Virus record (IMG/VR): IMGVR_UViG_3300031998_000010 | Direction: 5' to 3' (one strand) | DNA from: a virus | Lineage: Duplodnaviria; Caudoviricetes | Length of the DNA stretch: 64,000 nt | Shown: positions 35,075-44,255 of the stretch, piece by piece | How the letters are laid out: each line of letters opens with the position of its first letter | Numbering within the stretch: position 1 is the first letter of the stretch | Translations under genes and position numbers: made by a program | The notes under the pieces: model-generated | What the model saw: only the letters and a program-made list of their open reading frames with translations | Told to the model about the DNA's origin: nothing | Database searches by the model: none

Positions 35075-37720
35075 TTAGGATGATTTTGTGTAACGAATTG
35101 TTAATCGTAAATCCAATGAGTTTGTCCTTGATGTGCCAAGCGTAACATCAGCATATACTCCGTATTGAGCCGAATTACCTACACCTTCAAGAATTGCTTT
35201 ATATGCGTTATCAATAGGCCTCGAACATAAGGAAAGTGTGTTTTCACTACTTCTAAAAATAAATGTCCCCTCATAGTCACGCACAACTACGCTCCCATCT
35301 GTCCATAATGTATGTGTACCCGTAGAGTTTACACTTACCCTCTTTGTTTTCTCATATAAAGTAGAACCATCAAACCAAGTACCAACTACTTGCTCATTTT
35401 CTGAATAATGAACTGCCGGAACTCCTTGAGGTGTCCAAGTACCAGAACCTGCAAAATCGGTTGTTTTTGTATATTGAATTGCAATATACCAATCAACTAA
35501 TCGAGTACCAAAATCACTTGGATTTACAACGGCAATATTAGTACTTGTTACATTATCGACACCAAGATACGGTGCAGACATTCTTGGTAGAACCCAAATA
35601 TGTCCATAAGTTGAATATGCAGTATCTTTTACTGTTCCCGTGTAACCTACTACTCTATCAATATTTAAAATATTATGAGGTATTGTAAAATTACCAGTAA
35701 CTCCTCCTGCATTGTAAATTGTCTTTTCATACAAGGGTTTTCCGTCTGCCCAAACACCAATCTCACGCTCTATTTCAGAATAAATAACAGGCTGAAAACT
35801 ATCTCCACCATCATCGGCATCAGTAATATAATAAGTGGTATTGGGGTCTTTCGTTACAATAGCATCATACTGTAATTGAGTACCTTCCCAAACAATACCC
35901 AAATCTTCACTATCTTTATCACCAGATAATGTTACTCCATTTACTTGCGGTTTATTGGTTAAATCATCATAGCTAGATACACCGCCACCACCGCCTGTAC
36001 CATTCACCCATTTAGAAGAAGAACTATCATATTTGAGTATCTGACCATCCGAAACAGAAGTGATATTTACATCAGTTAATCCCGATAATGATGAACTACC
36101 ACCACTTTCATTAGCGTTTACCCATTCTTGATTAGTGCTATCATATTTAAGAATTTGTCCATCTGCCAAAGAAGTCAAATTAACATCAGGTAAATCGGAT
36201 AAAGGTGCAGCATCACTTTCATCAGTAATATGAATAAGACCTACTTTTTCATCAGCAGAAAGTAAATTAAATTGAGATTTTGTCATCTCCCGAACAACAT
36301 TGACTTCGGTTATGGCATCGGTATTATTATCGGCTGAATAAGCACCTTTAAATTGCAGATCATTTCTCTGCGTAAGGCTTGTACCAGCATTATTTAAAAT
36401 GGTATGCCCACCGCTACCACCTCCGCCAGAACCATTTATCCACTGATGAGTAGTGCCATCATATTTAAGAACCTGACCATCAGTAACGGAAGTAATATTA
36501 ACATCAGTTAAATCAGTAAGTTCGGATATTCCTTCTAAAGTATCTGCTACCATTACATCTGCATAGATATATTGCCAAGAACCACTATAAGATGTAGATT
36601 TAATACTTGTTTTAGTTAGAAGGAATGTTACATTTACATGAAGTGCCAGCGTAAAAGAAATTCCGCTACCTATCTTATTAACGGGAATAAGCGTGAAATT
36701 TTCATAATCAGTTCCACTAACAGTATCATATACTTTTACAATCGCATACTTATTACTGGAAATATCAGGGAAAGTAGAAGTAACATACGCACTATCAGAA
36801 CTAACTGTTCCGTGAGATAATACAGTAGTTGTAGGAACTACTGTAAGACTACTTGTATTAACCCATTTACTTGTTGCACTATCATAGGAAAGAATCTGTC
36901 CACCAGTAGCCGAACTAATTGTTACATCGGTTAAATCATTAAGAGATGAAGCACCACCATTAGGAGCATATAAATCAGTATTAACACTATCAACAGTAAT
37001 AGTTGCAATCTTGGTACCTGTGGATTGAATTTGAGTAACAGATACATCAGAACCACCTGACGGAATAGCATAAATAGTATTATCTACTTGAAGTTTAGTT
37101 AAATCAGCAGAACTGGAGCCTGATGGGTTTGCTATTACAGTTGTTCCACCACTTTCAGCGGCATTTGCCCATTTCGTACCGTCATATTTTAATACTTGAC
37201 CTGAAGATGCAGAAGTAATTGTTACATCAGATAATTCATTAAGAGAAGATGCACCACCGCTTTCAGCTGCATTTACCCAATCACCGTTGTTGTATTTCAA
37301 TACCTGACCGTTTGAAGGTGAAGATACACTAACATCAGTAATATCATTTAAAGCAACCGAAGGCGAAGGAACATTATTATTTATCCATTCTCCATTACTA
37401 TAAGTCAATACTTGCCCATTACTTGCAGAGGAAATATCAACATCTGTAAGGTCTTCAAGAGTAGTTGCACCGCCACCACCACCATTAGCATTTACCCATT
37501 CAGAGCCATTGTACTGTAAGACCTGACCAGAAGTAGCCGAAGTAATTTCTACATCAGCTAACCCTGCTAATGTGGAAGATGTCCCACCTGCAGCAAGTTC
37601 ATCAATAGCATCTTTGACATTAGTAGCCTCCAAGCCGCTATCATAATTGTCATAAGGAAGCATGCTTGCTGAACTAGGTATCGAAGTGTATGGAATATTA
37701 TTTTTAATTATCTTTGCCAT
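35075..37720 (-). CDS. long tail fibre protein
   Basis: about 8 L.DL.DV.I....GQ[VI]L.Y...W[VI]N repeats plus two tip domains. Confidence 0.8.
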   Translation of the reverse strand: MAKIIKNNIPYTSIPSSASMLPYDNYDSGLEATNVKDAIDELAAGGTSSTLAGLADVEITSATSGQVLQYNGSEWVNANGGGGGATTLEDLTDVDISSASNGQVLTYSNGEWINNNVPSPSVALNDITDVSVSSPSNGQVLKYNNGDWVNAAESGGASSLNELSDVTITSASSGQVLKYDGTKWANAAESGGTTVIANPSGSSSADLTKLQVDNTIYAIPSGGSDVSVTQIQSTGTKIATITVDSVNTDLYAPNGGASSLNDLTDVTISSATGGQILSYDSATSKWVNTSSLTVVPTTTVLSHGTVSSDSAYVTSTFPDISSNKYAIVKVYDTVSGTDYENFTLIPVNKIGSGISFTLALHVNVTFLLTKTSIKSTSYSGSWQYIYADVMVADTLEGISELTDLTDVNITSVTDGQVLKYDGTTHQWINGSGGGGSGGHTILNNAGTSLTQRNDLQFKGAYSADNNTDAITEVNVVREMTKSQFNLLSADEKVGLIHITDESDAAPLSDLPDVNLTSLADGQILKYDSTNQEWVNANESGGSSSLSGLTDVNITSVSDGQILKYDSSSSKWVNGTGGGGGVSSYDDLTNKPQVNGVTLSGDKDSEDLGIVWEGTQLQYDAIVTKDPNTTYYITDADDGGDSFQPVIYSEIEREIGVWADGKPLYEKTIYNAGGVTGNFTIPHNILNIDRVVGYTGTVKDTAYSTYGHIWVLPRMSAPYLGVDNVTSTNIAVVNPSDFGTRLVDWYIAIQYTKTTDFAGSGTWTPQGVPAVHYSENEQVVGTWFDGSTLYEKTKRVSVNSTGTHTLWTDGSVVVRDYEGTFIFRSSENTLSLCSRPIDNAYKAILEGVGNSAQYGVYADVTLGTSRTNSLDLRLTIRYTKSS

Positions 37721-37733
37721 GAGTCATTACCTT

Positions 37734-38393
37734 TTATGATGCTGGAGCTTCGACAAGAGTATTTGTGCCTATCGCTAGATAATTTTTATTGTTTACTGTT
37801 ACTGTACTATATCGTGTTACTAATGAACAACTTCTAAAATCTGGTAATAATCCAACCGAACCTGCCGATGTAATTATGGCACAAGTAGTGGAAAATAATA
37901 TATAAGGAGAACTCAACTGTGTACCGCATATTTTTACAATACTAAAACCTGAAGTATTTAAAAGACCAGCAGAATCAAATCTGTATATATAACTACTATA
38001 ATCAAGAGCACGATTAGTATTCAAGTATAAAGCAAGATAAGTTATAGTTGAACTACTCTCATAGATAAAGAAAGTATAACCCCATTCGCTATCTTTACAT
38101 ACTGTAGCATAAAAACTGTGGTCAGTAATAATTATACGAACAAGTTCTGTCTGATTTCTATTAGTAAAACTACCCGCAGTCATAATTACATTATCATTCA
38201 TATCCAAATAACGAATAGAACTTGATGCAATTACATCAATTTTAATTCTGTTATCAAAAACTACATATTTAGTACCACTTTCTTGAGTAAATCTAGTGTC
38301 ATATGTACTAAAACAATTATAGAAATTATCTAACATATCCTCTCTATTAGTTGAAGTCAGAAATATTGTCGTATCATACATCTGTGTTGCCAT
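37734..38393 (-). CDS. fibre-associated hypothetical protein
   Basis: position in fibre cluster; GAGGTG RBS. Confidence 0.55.
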   Translation of the reverse strand: MATQMYDTTIFLTSTNREDMLDNFYNCFSTYDTRFTQESGTKYVVFDNRIKIDVIASSSIRYLDMNDNVIMTAGSFTNRNQTELVRIIITDHSFYATVCKDSEWGYTFFIYESSSTITYLALYLNTNRALDYSSYIYRFDSAGLLNTSGFSIVKICGTQLSSPYILFSTTCAIITSAGSVGLLPDFRSCSLVTRYSTVTVNNKNYLAIGTNTLVEAPAS

Positions 38394-38407
38394 AAAGTAT
38401 CACCTCA

Positions 38408-38680
38408 TTAAGTAACTACTGCAAAATCGTCATAAAGTTGTATATTCATATCTATGAATAGCATACTGCCACTACATATAAATAAACCATTACTTTCTAC
38501 CACGGTCTCAACAGCATCTGCCATCTCTGAAACCTTCAATCTTTTACCTAATGCGTTAGCAATAGCACTAATATCTTTCTCTACATATAGTTTATTATCG
38601 TCTGATGGCGAACCTACTGGATATACAATCTCGTTACCATCAGCATAAATTTTACCACCCTCGGCAGGAACCCAAGCCAT
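38408..38680 (-). CDS. fibre-associated small protein
   Basis: MAW start; DISAIANAL..LKVSEMADAV. Confidence 0.55.
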   Translation of the reverse strand: MAWVPAEGGKIYADGNEIVYPVGSPSDDNKLYVEKDISAIANALGKRLKVSEMADAVETVVESNGLFICSGSMLFIDMNIQLYDDFAVVT

Positions 38681-38681
38681 A

Positions 38682-39929
38682 TTAACTAATTCTCACTTTC
38701 ACAGGCATATCGTGTGTTTGCTCTTCAAATCCTAATGTAATATAACCATTTATAACCGACATAGATATAGGAGATACCCCAAAAAATGCACTATCTACAT
38801 AGACATTTACAGTGGAAGTCCTTTTTATTGCGTCATCATGAAACTGAATACTTGTGGCACCCGTCATTAATGTTCCAGTTAAATCTGTCCAATAGACGTT
38901 GGTTTCTACAATCTCATCAAGAGCGGATTGGACTGTTGTAGCCGATAATCCCGACCTAGTATTATTATACATTACTGCATCGGCATTAAAAGTTTGTGCA
39001 TGAGCATCTGTAATATAATAAACAATATTTGGGTCTTTTTCTTCGATTAAATCATATTCTGCTTGAGTGCCTTCCCAAGTTCCTGCTCCTGTTTCATTAA
39101 CCCATTCTTCACCATTATAAGTTAGTACTTGATTTGTGGTTGGGTTAGTGATATCTACATCTGTAAGCTCGTCTAATCTTGAAATACCGCTTGCGTCATC
39201 TGCATTTACCCATTTTTCTAATGTTTGGTCATATTTAAGAACCTGACCGCCTGTAACATTATCAATATCTACATCGGTTAAATCATCTAATACACCTACA
39301 GTACTAACTAAACCATTTATCCATTCGCTAGATTCAACATCATAAACTAATGCTTGACCAGACTGAGGATTATCAATATTTACATCGGTCAATCCTTCAA
39401 GACTTGGAGTAAACGCAGAGGCATCAACATTTTGCCATGACATCGTGCTTGCATTGTATTGAAGCACCTGACCATTTCGTGCATCTGAAATATCGACATT
39501 CTGAAGTTCATCAATATCGCATTCACTAACATTCTCAATATCATAAATAAATCCATCAATACTAACTGCGTACAATAATCCTGCGGGTTCACCCTGATAT
39601 ACCTGGATATACTGGCCTAAATTTGTAACAATATACTGGTCTTCACTAGTTCCCAAAACATAATTATCACCAACAAGAGGATTGGCGATAACCATAGAAC
39701 CTCCACCATTCAATATATTATGGCTGTTATTTGCAATAGGCCTTGCATAGAGCTCATTTATGGCCGCTACTAAAGTATTTGCATTTGTATTTAATTGAGG
39801 AAATTTTGTAGCTAATCCGCCATATTTTAGAATTGAATCAGTATAATTCTTATCAGAGATATCAGGAAGGTCAGGCTTGTTGACTTTTCTGGACTTCTCA
39901 AGTGCAGGCAACTGTCTTCTATCTTTCAT
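38682..39929 (-). CDS. proximal tail fibre protein
   Basis: LNTNANTLVAAINEL; four DV.I...GQ.L.Y repeats; WEGTQAEYD..YYITD. Confidence 0.75.
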   Translation of the reverse strand: MKDRRQLPALEKSRKVNKPDLPDISDKNYTDSILKYGGLATKFPQLNTNANTLVAAINELYARPIANNSHNILNGGGSMVIANPLVGDNYVLGTSEDQYIVTNLGQYIQVYQGEPAGLLYAVSIDGFIYDIENVSECDIDELQNVDISDARNGQVLQYNASTMSWQNVDASAFTPSLEGLTDVNIDNPQSGQALVYDVESSEWINGLVSTVGVLDDLTDVDIDNVTGGQVLKYDQTLEKWVNADDASGISRLDELTDVDITNPTTNQVLTYNGEEWVNETGAGTWEGTQAEYDLIEEKDPNIVYYITDAHAQTFNADAVMYNNTRSGLSATTVQSALDEIVETNVYWTDLTGTLMTGATSIQFHDDAIKRTSTVNVYVDSAFFGVSPISMSVINGYITLGFEEQTHDMPVKVRIS

Positions 39930-39940
39930 ACCTACCTACC

Positions 39941-40996
39941 TCAATTATCCATTGAATCTCCTGATTGTAACATAACTCCGTTGACCTTAGGCACAGGTGC
40001 ATTATAATGTTGAGTTTCTGATGTATTGAGAGTCTCAACAGGAAGTGTACCTTCTACGGCTTGTTGAGTATTCAAATCAATAGTCCTATTATATCTGAGA
40101 TTATACTTCGGGTCGTTCACATCTACCTCTGTAATTGTATCTACTGTAGGTCCATAACCTAAATCGAATATAGGCTTACTGAATAAGGATTTAACTGTGT
40201 GTTCATTATTAGCCATCTGAAGTGAACTGAGTGCACGATAGCCGGCATCTACATTTGGTGCAATTTCTTGACTTTCGTCATAAGCAGGATTTCTTGCATA
40301 TACTTTATTTCTTATATCACGAGTATCAAGAATAGGAGGATTATCATTCCTCATCTTCTGCATTCTTGCGTAATCATTTCTTGTATAATGTCCAACTTTT
40401 GTAGGTCCTATGATTCCTGTTGCATCAGCAACATTTGCTAATCTTGCATCTACAGAAATTTTTGTCATAGAATCTATCTTTACGCCTGCATGTTGGAAGC
40501 AGTACATTCCGATTGGTCGTACATACTCAATACAAGCATCAATGGGCTTCTCATCTGTAAAGTAGATTATATTGATGCAATTATCTTCAACATTAGGTTC
40601 TACATAAACAGAATTAGCAGGAATTGAGGTATCCTCTAATCTGTTATACAGAATGTCGTTTTCTTTACCATAATCATTAATCGCTTTTTGTTTGAGATTA
40701 ACTTCTGCGGCTAATGTAACACCTAATTGACTTCCTTTATACCTAATCATAGACATAAAGTATAATATTACAAATCTATTGAATGCTGCACAGAATCTAT
40801 CGTCATACTGATAGCCGATTGTATCGCCTAACATCCATAACAAATCTTTAGGGCACCTCAAAGCGTCATACAAATCTACAGTATTTGTGATATCATACTG
40901 TAATTTTGTCAAAGCATATTCGAACCAACGAATGAAAAATCTAAAATCCGCTGATTTCTTGTATTCATTGGGAACTGAAATATCACTTATCTTCAT
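39941..40996 (-). CDS. baseplate wedge protein (P2 gpI-like)
   Basis: YDALRCPKDLLWMLGDTIGY..RYKGS; follows J-like gene. Confidence 0.7.
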   Translation of the reverse strand: MKISDISVPNEYKKSADFRFFIRWFEYALTKLQYDITNTVDLYDALRCPKDLLWMLGDTIGYQYDDRFCAAFNRFVILYFMSMIRYKGSQLGVTLAAEVNLKQKAINDYGKENDILYNRLEDTSIPANSVYVEPNVEDNCINIIYFTDEKPIDACIEYVRPIGMYCFQHAGVKIDSMTKISVDARLANVADATGIIGPTKVGHYTRNDYARMQKMRNDNPPILDTRDIRNKVYARNPAYDESQEIAPNVDAGYRALSSLQMANNEHTVKSLFSKPIFDLGYGPTVDTITEVDVNDPKYNLRYNRTIDLNTQQAVEGTLPVETLNTSETQHYNAPVPKVNGVMLQSGDSMDN

Positions 40997-40997
40997 A

Positions 40998-42899
40998 TCA
41001 GTTAATTAAACACTCCGGTGCAATTCTTATTGCTGTACTTGCATTATCGGGTTCGTTGTATCTCGCAAATGAAATATAATTGAATGCATCAGGGTCACAA
41101 TTATTCCACTTGATTACAGGATTGCTAGGGCTACCTGCATCGAAATATGTTATTCTATCATCGCATTCCTGAATTATATTTACTACTTCCATCACTGTTG
41201 GCTTCTGATTAAATTGTCTATTAGCAGGAGCAAAGTAAAGAGCTAAAGCTTCCTTTGCCTTTGAAAGAATGATTTCTCCTATATCAGCTGTAACTGGCCT
41301 ATTTGTGTAGATTTGACCTACAATGTAGAAATCAAATATCCTACAGGAGCCAAATTGCAAATCTGTTGTCATAGCTTGGAGAGGCCTAAAGTCTGCAACA
41401 ATATTATCAAGGAACATTTGAGGTGGCTTGTATCTTGTATACCCAGGCAAGCTAGAAATCTGAACTGTGTCTGTTTGACCGTGACCCCATGTGTCATCTT
41501 TGAAGTCATTATGAATAGCAAAGCACACTGCAGTAGAAGTTTTGAAGTTTACTGCAAATGGAAGCTCTTTCTTATTTGCTAAATCGACTATTTCTTCATC
41601 AAGAATATCTCTCCAGTAGAATGAAGTAGAATCACTAGTAGGAAAGTCCTTATTAGTGATATACATCTTGGATTTTTGTCCTTCAGATAAATTCTTATCA
41701 TTATATATTGCAAGATTTATCTCAAGAGCCTTCTGACAATCAAGTACTACTCCGCAATCTACTCCGGCTTCTCTTCTCAAGAATCTTGTATAGTCAGGCA
41801 AAGTAACAAGGCTGTCCCAAGTATTGATATAATTTCTACTATTATGATATGCTTCTTTTGCAGTTTCAGGAGACCTTCCCGTAACTGTATATGTGTGAGG
41901 CATCTCTACTGTATTTGACAAATTACTTAAAGAAATATCTCCGTTTTCATAAGGAGGATTTCCGTTTGAAATTGTTTTAGCAAAAATAAGATTAGTAAGA
42001 ACATTTGAGCCAACACATCCAATTACTCCGGAACAATCAATCCAAAGAATCGTGAGAACATAATCTTCATAATTTGATAACTGATTAAGATAGTTTGAAA
42101 TAGTTACTTGAGCGTTTGAATAATTATCATAAGTAACGCAATATCTCGGTTCTGCTGTGTTGAATTCTGCAACATTTGCTACTTGAACCCATTGTGTTTT
42201 ATCAAATGTAGTAGAAGATAACGAATTTCTACCTTTAACCCAAACAGCTGTAGTATCAACATGCTGAGAAGGCAAAGTTATAATGTAGTTATTTTGAATA
42301 ACTTCTTTTACTGAGACAGAATAACTTCTTAAATCCCCTTCGATAGCTACTCTTGTACAAGATTCTCCGGGACCTAATGTTACTGTATCATATTCAGAAA
42401 ATACGTCGATATAATCAGTAAGAACATTTCTCCTACTTCTACTTTCGCTCTCACCATAACTAGATGTCATTGGTAAGATATTATAAGTAATTACTCGACT
42501 TGTATTAGTAATATCCGAATATGCATTTACTGTGCAGAAATTAGAACCATTAAAGCCGAAATCAAGATTGGTTGTCCCTAAAGCTGTATTAGTGAATGTA
42601 ACTTCAGTTCTTGCAGCTGTATAGAAACCTAAATCATAACCAATAAGGCCAAATATCTTTTCGGCATCTTTTCTTTGAACTACAGAAGGTGCAAATAACT
42701 CACTTGCAAGATAATCAATATTTACACCTAACATATCGGCAGCACTTGCCAATAATTTTTCTAAAACTACTCCAGGGTCGGCATCGGCTTCCGGTTTCCA
42801 CAAATCAGTGAGCTTGGGAACTAATGCCTCAAACTCTTTCATGAGAGATTGGTAATCTTTGCTTGCGTAATTGACAAGACCACGGTTTGAATCTGCCAT
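40998..42899 (-). CDS. baseplate wedge protein (gpJ/T4 gp6-like)
   Basis: NYASKDYQSL..W...ADADPGVVL; GRSPET..LVTLPDY. Confidence 0.85.
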   Translation of the reverse strand: MADSNRGLVNYASKDYQSLMKEFEALVPKLTDLWKPEADADPGVVLEKLLASAADMLGVNIDYLASELFAPSVVQRKDAEKIFGLIGYDLGFYTAARTEVTFTNTALGTTNLDFGFNGSNFCTVNAYSDITNTSRVITYNILPMTSSYGESESRSRRNVLTDYIDVFSEYDTVTLGPGESCTRVAIEGDLRSYSVSVKEVIQNNYIITLPSQHVDTTAVWVKGRNSLSSTTFDKTQWVQVANVAEFNTAEPRYCVTYDNYSNAQVTISNYLNQLSNYEDYVLTILWIDCSGVIGCVGSNVLTNLIFAKTISNGNPPYENGDISLSNLSNTVEMPHTYTVTGRSPETAKEAYHNSRNYINTWDSLVTLPDYTRFLRREAGVDCGVVLDCQKALEINLAIYNDKNLSEGQKSKMYITNKDFPTSDSTSFYWRDILDEEIVDLANKKELPFAVNFKTSTAVCFAIHNDFKDDTWGHGQTDTVQISSLPGYTRYKPPQMFLDNIVADFRPLQAMTTDLQFGSCRIFDFYIVGQIYTNRPVTADIGEIILSKAKEALALYFAPANRQFNQKPTVMEVVNIIQECDDRITYFDAGSPSNPVIKWNNCDPDAFNYISFARYNEPDNASTAIRIAPECLIN

Positions 42900-42946
42900 C
42901 TATATTTCTCCTAAATTAGTTACATATATCATATAAGGTAGTAATG

Positions 42947-43408
42947 TTATGCTTCCTCAATGACCCACCCTTGCTGATTAACTGTTAAAGTCTTATTCTG
43001 CTCTGGTTCAGAATTTAATTCTAGCGAAATCTCTTTACCAAAAGTAGTTACTAACGCTACTGTCATATTAAGCTCATTTGCTTGTGTAGCATAAGTCAAA
43101 CTTGAATTTCCACTGAATAATAAACCATCAGTAAATTGAGTTTTGGACGCTTCAACATCAGGTTCATAAGTTCTAAGTTGAGCTACAATTCTATCTTTAA
43201 TCAAAGCCTTTTCGTTCTCTGTATTATACTTCCAAAGATGTCGCTTTAATCCAACACCAAAATTAGGGTCATTATACATTTCAGTAGGTTCAGATAAAAT
43301 AAGTAATCTAGTTCTTGTTGTTATAGATTTTAAATCTTCATCTACGGAAACTTTATTTCCTGTTATATTAAACATGTTAGGAAATGAAAGAGATGTTGTT
43401 TCTGCCAT
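42947..43408 (-). CDS. gp25-like baseplate wedge subunit
   Basis: LILSEPTEMYNDPNFGVGLKRHL..YEP. Confidence 0.85.
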   Translation of the reverse strand: MAETTSLSFPNMFNITGNKVSVDEDLKSITTRTRLLILSEPTEMYNDPNFGVGLKRHLWKYNTENEKALIKDRIVAQLRTYEPDVEASKTQFTDGLLFSGNSSLTYATQANELNMTVALVTTFGKEISLELNSEPEQNKTLTVNQQGWVIEEA

Positions 43409-43416
43409 ATACTACC

Positions 43417-43713
43417 TCACTGATTTCCTCTTCTAGTATTAGAATAAGAACCTCCTGTTAGTCCCAATACAAGCCAAGAAGACGAAGTGTTATCAAGACT
43501 TGTCAGAGCTACAACTTCGCCTTCCTTGGGCATGTAGGGAAGCAACAAAGATGGGTACCACGGAAGGTCAGAATCTTCAACGTAGTTACGAATCTTTTGT
43601 CCTTTATAATCATATTTAAGGTAGGGGCCATGCTCATTTGGGACCCTAACTTGTATGAGGAGAGTGCCATCTCCTGAATATTTGCAACCTTTCACATATC
43701 CATATACAATCAT
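43417..43713 (-). CDS. baseplate spike OB-fold protein (gp5N/gpV-like, short)
   Basis: IQVRVP..HG..LPWY..MPKEGEVV..VLG. Confidence 0.6.
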   Translation of the reverse strand: MIVYGYVKGCKYSGDGTLLIQVRVPNEHGPYLKYDYKGQKIRNYVEDSDLPWYPSLLLPYMPKEGEVVALTSLDNTSSSWLVLGLTGGSYSNTRRGNQ

Positions 43714-44255
43714 AACAGACCTCTCTTATAATTCTTCAAAACTGTCTTTGCATACTTATGGAAGTCATCTAATCCCTTATCTGAAATTAGGGTCAAAAAT
43801 TCTAATATCAATTTTTCTGTGTCAGGATGAAAATGCCTGCCTTTTCTAACTTTAACATAATAGTTTAAAGGTTCATTCTGTGTCCACTTTTCATTAGTGT
43901 ATGCTTTGCCTGCACCTATCCAATCACACACCATCTCGATAACATAGTTAATTGGCATTTTATTCGCTACAATAGAACCACCATCTGCAAAATCTGTCCA
44001 ATATTCCCAATGATGTTTATTATGTCCTTTATGATGTAGCCATGCTTTTGAATATCCTATTTCTTCTTTCTCAGCGTTAATGGGACTTCTATTACCTTGA
44101 AAATATTTTGCAGATGAAACAAATTCTGCAATACTGAATTTTGAATTATCATGAAATAAACCTTGCCAAAATATTCCACAAGCAATACATTCTTTTAAAA
44201 CATAATGCTTATGTTTACAAACTGTTTTAAAATGTAAAAAATAGGGTCTAATCAT
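43710..44255 (-). CDS. DUF5662 HD-like metal-dependent protein
   Basis: HKHYV..HDNSKFS..EF..AWLHHKGHNKHHWEYW..EMVCDW; ATGA-coupled start at 44255. Confidence 0.75.
   Translation of the reverse strand: MIRPYFLHFKTVCKHKHYVLKECIACGIFWQGLFHDNSKFSIAEFVSSAKYFQGNRSPINAEKEEIGYSKAWLHHKGHNKHHWEYWTDFADGGSIVANKMPINYVIEMVCDWIGAGKAYTNEKWTQNEPLNYYVKVRKGRHFHPDTEKLILEFLTLISDKGLDDFHKYAKTVLKNYKRGLL

Noticed and set aside
34190-35830. DGR template/variable repeat pair in fibre tips
   Set aside because: Differences are mostly synonymous and not adenine-specific, both copies are coding, and no reverse transcriptase is in the window
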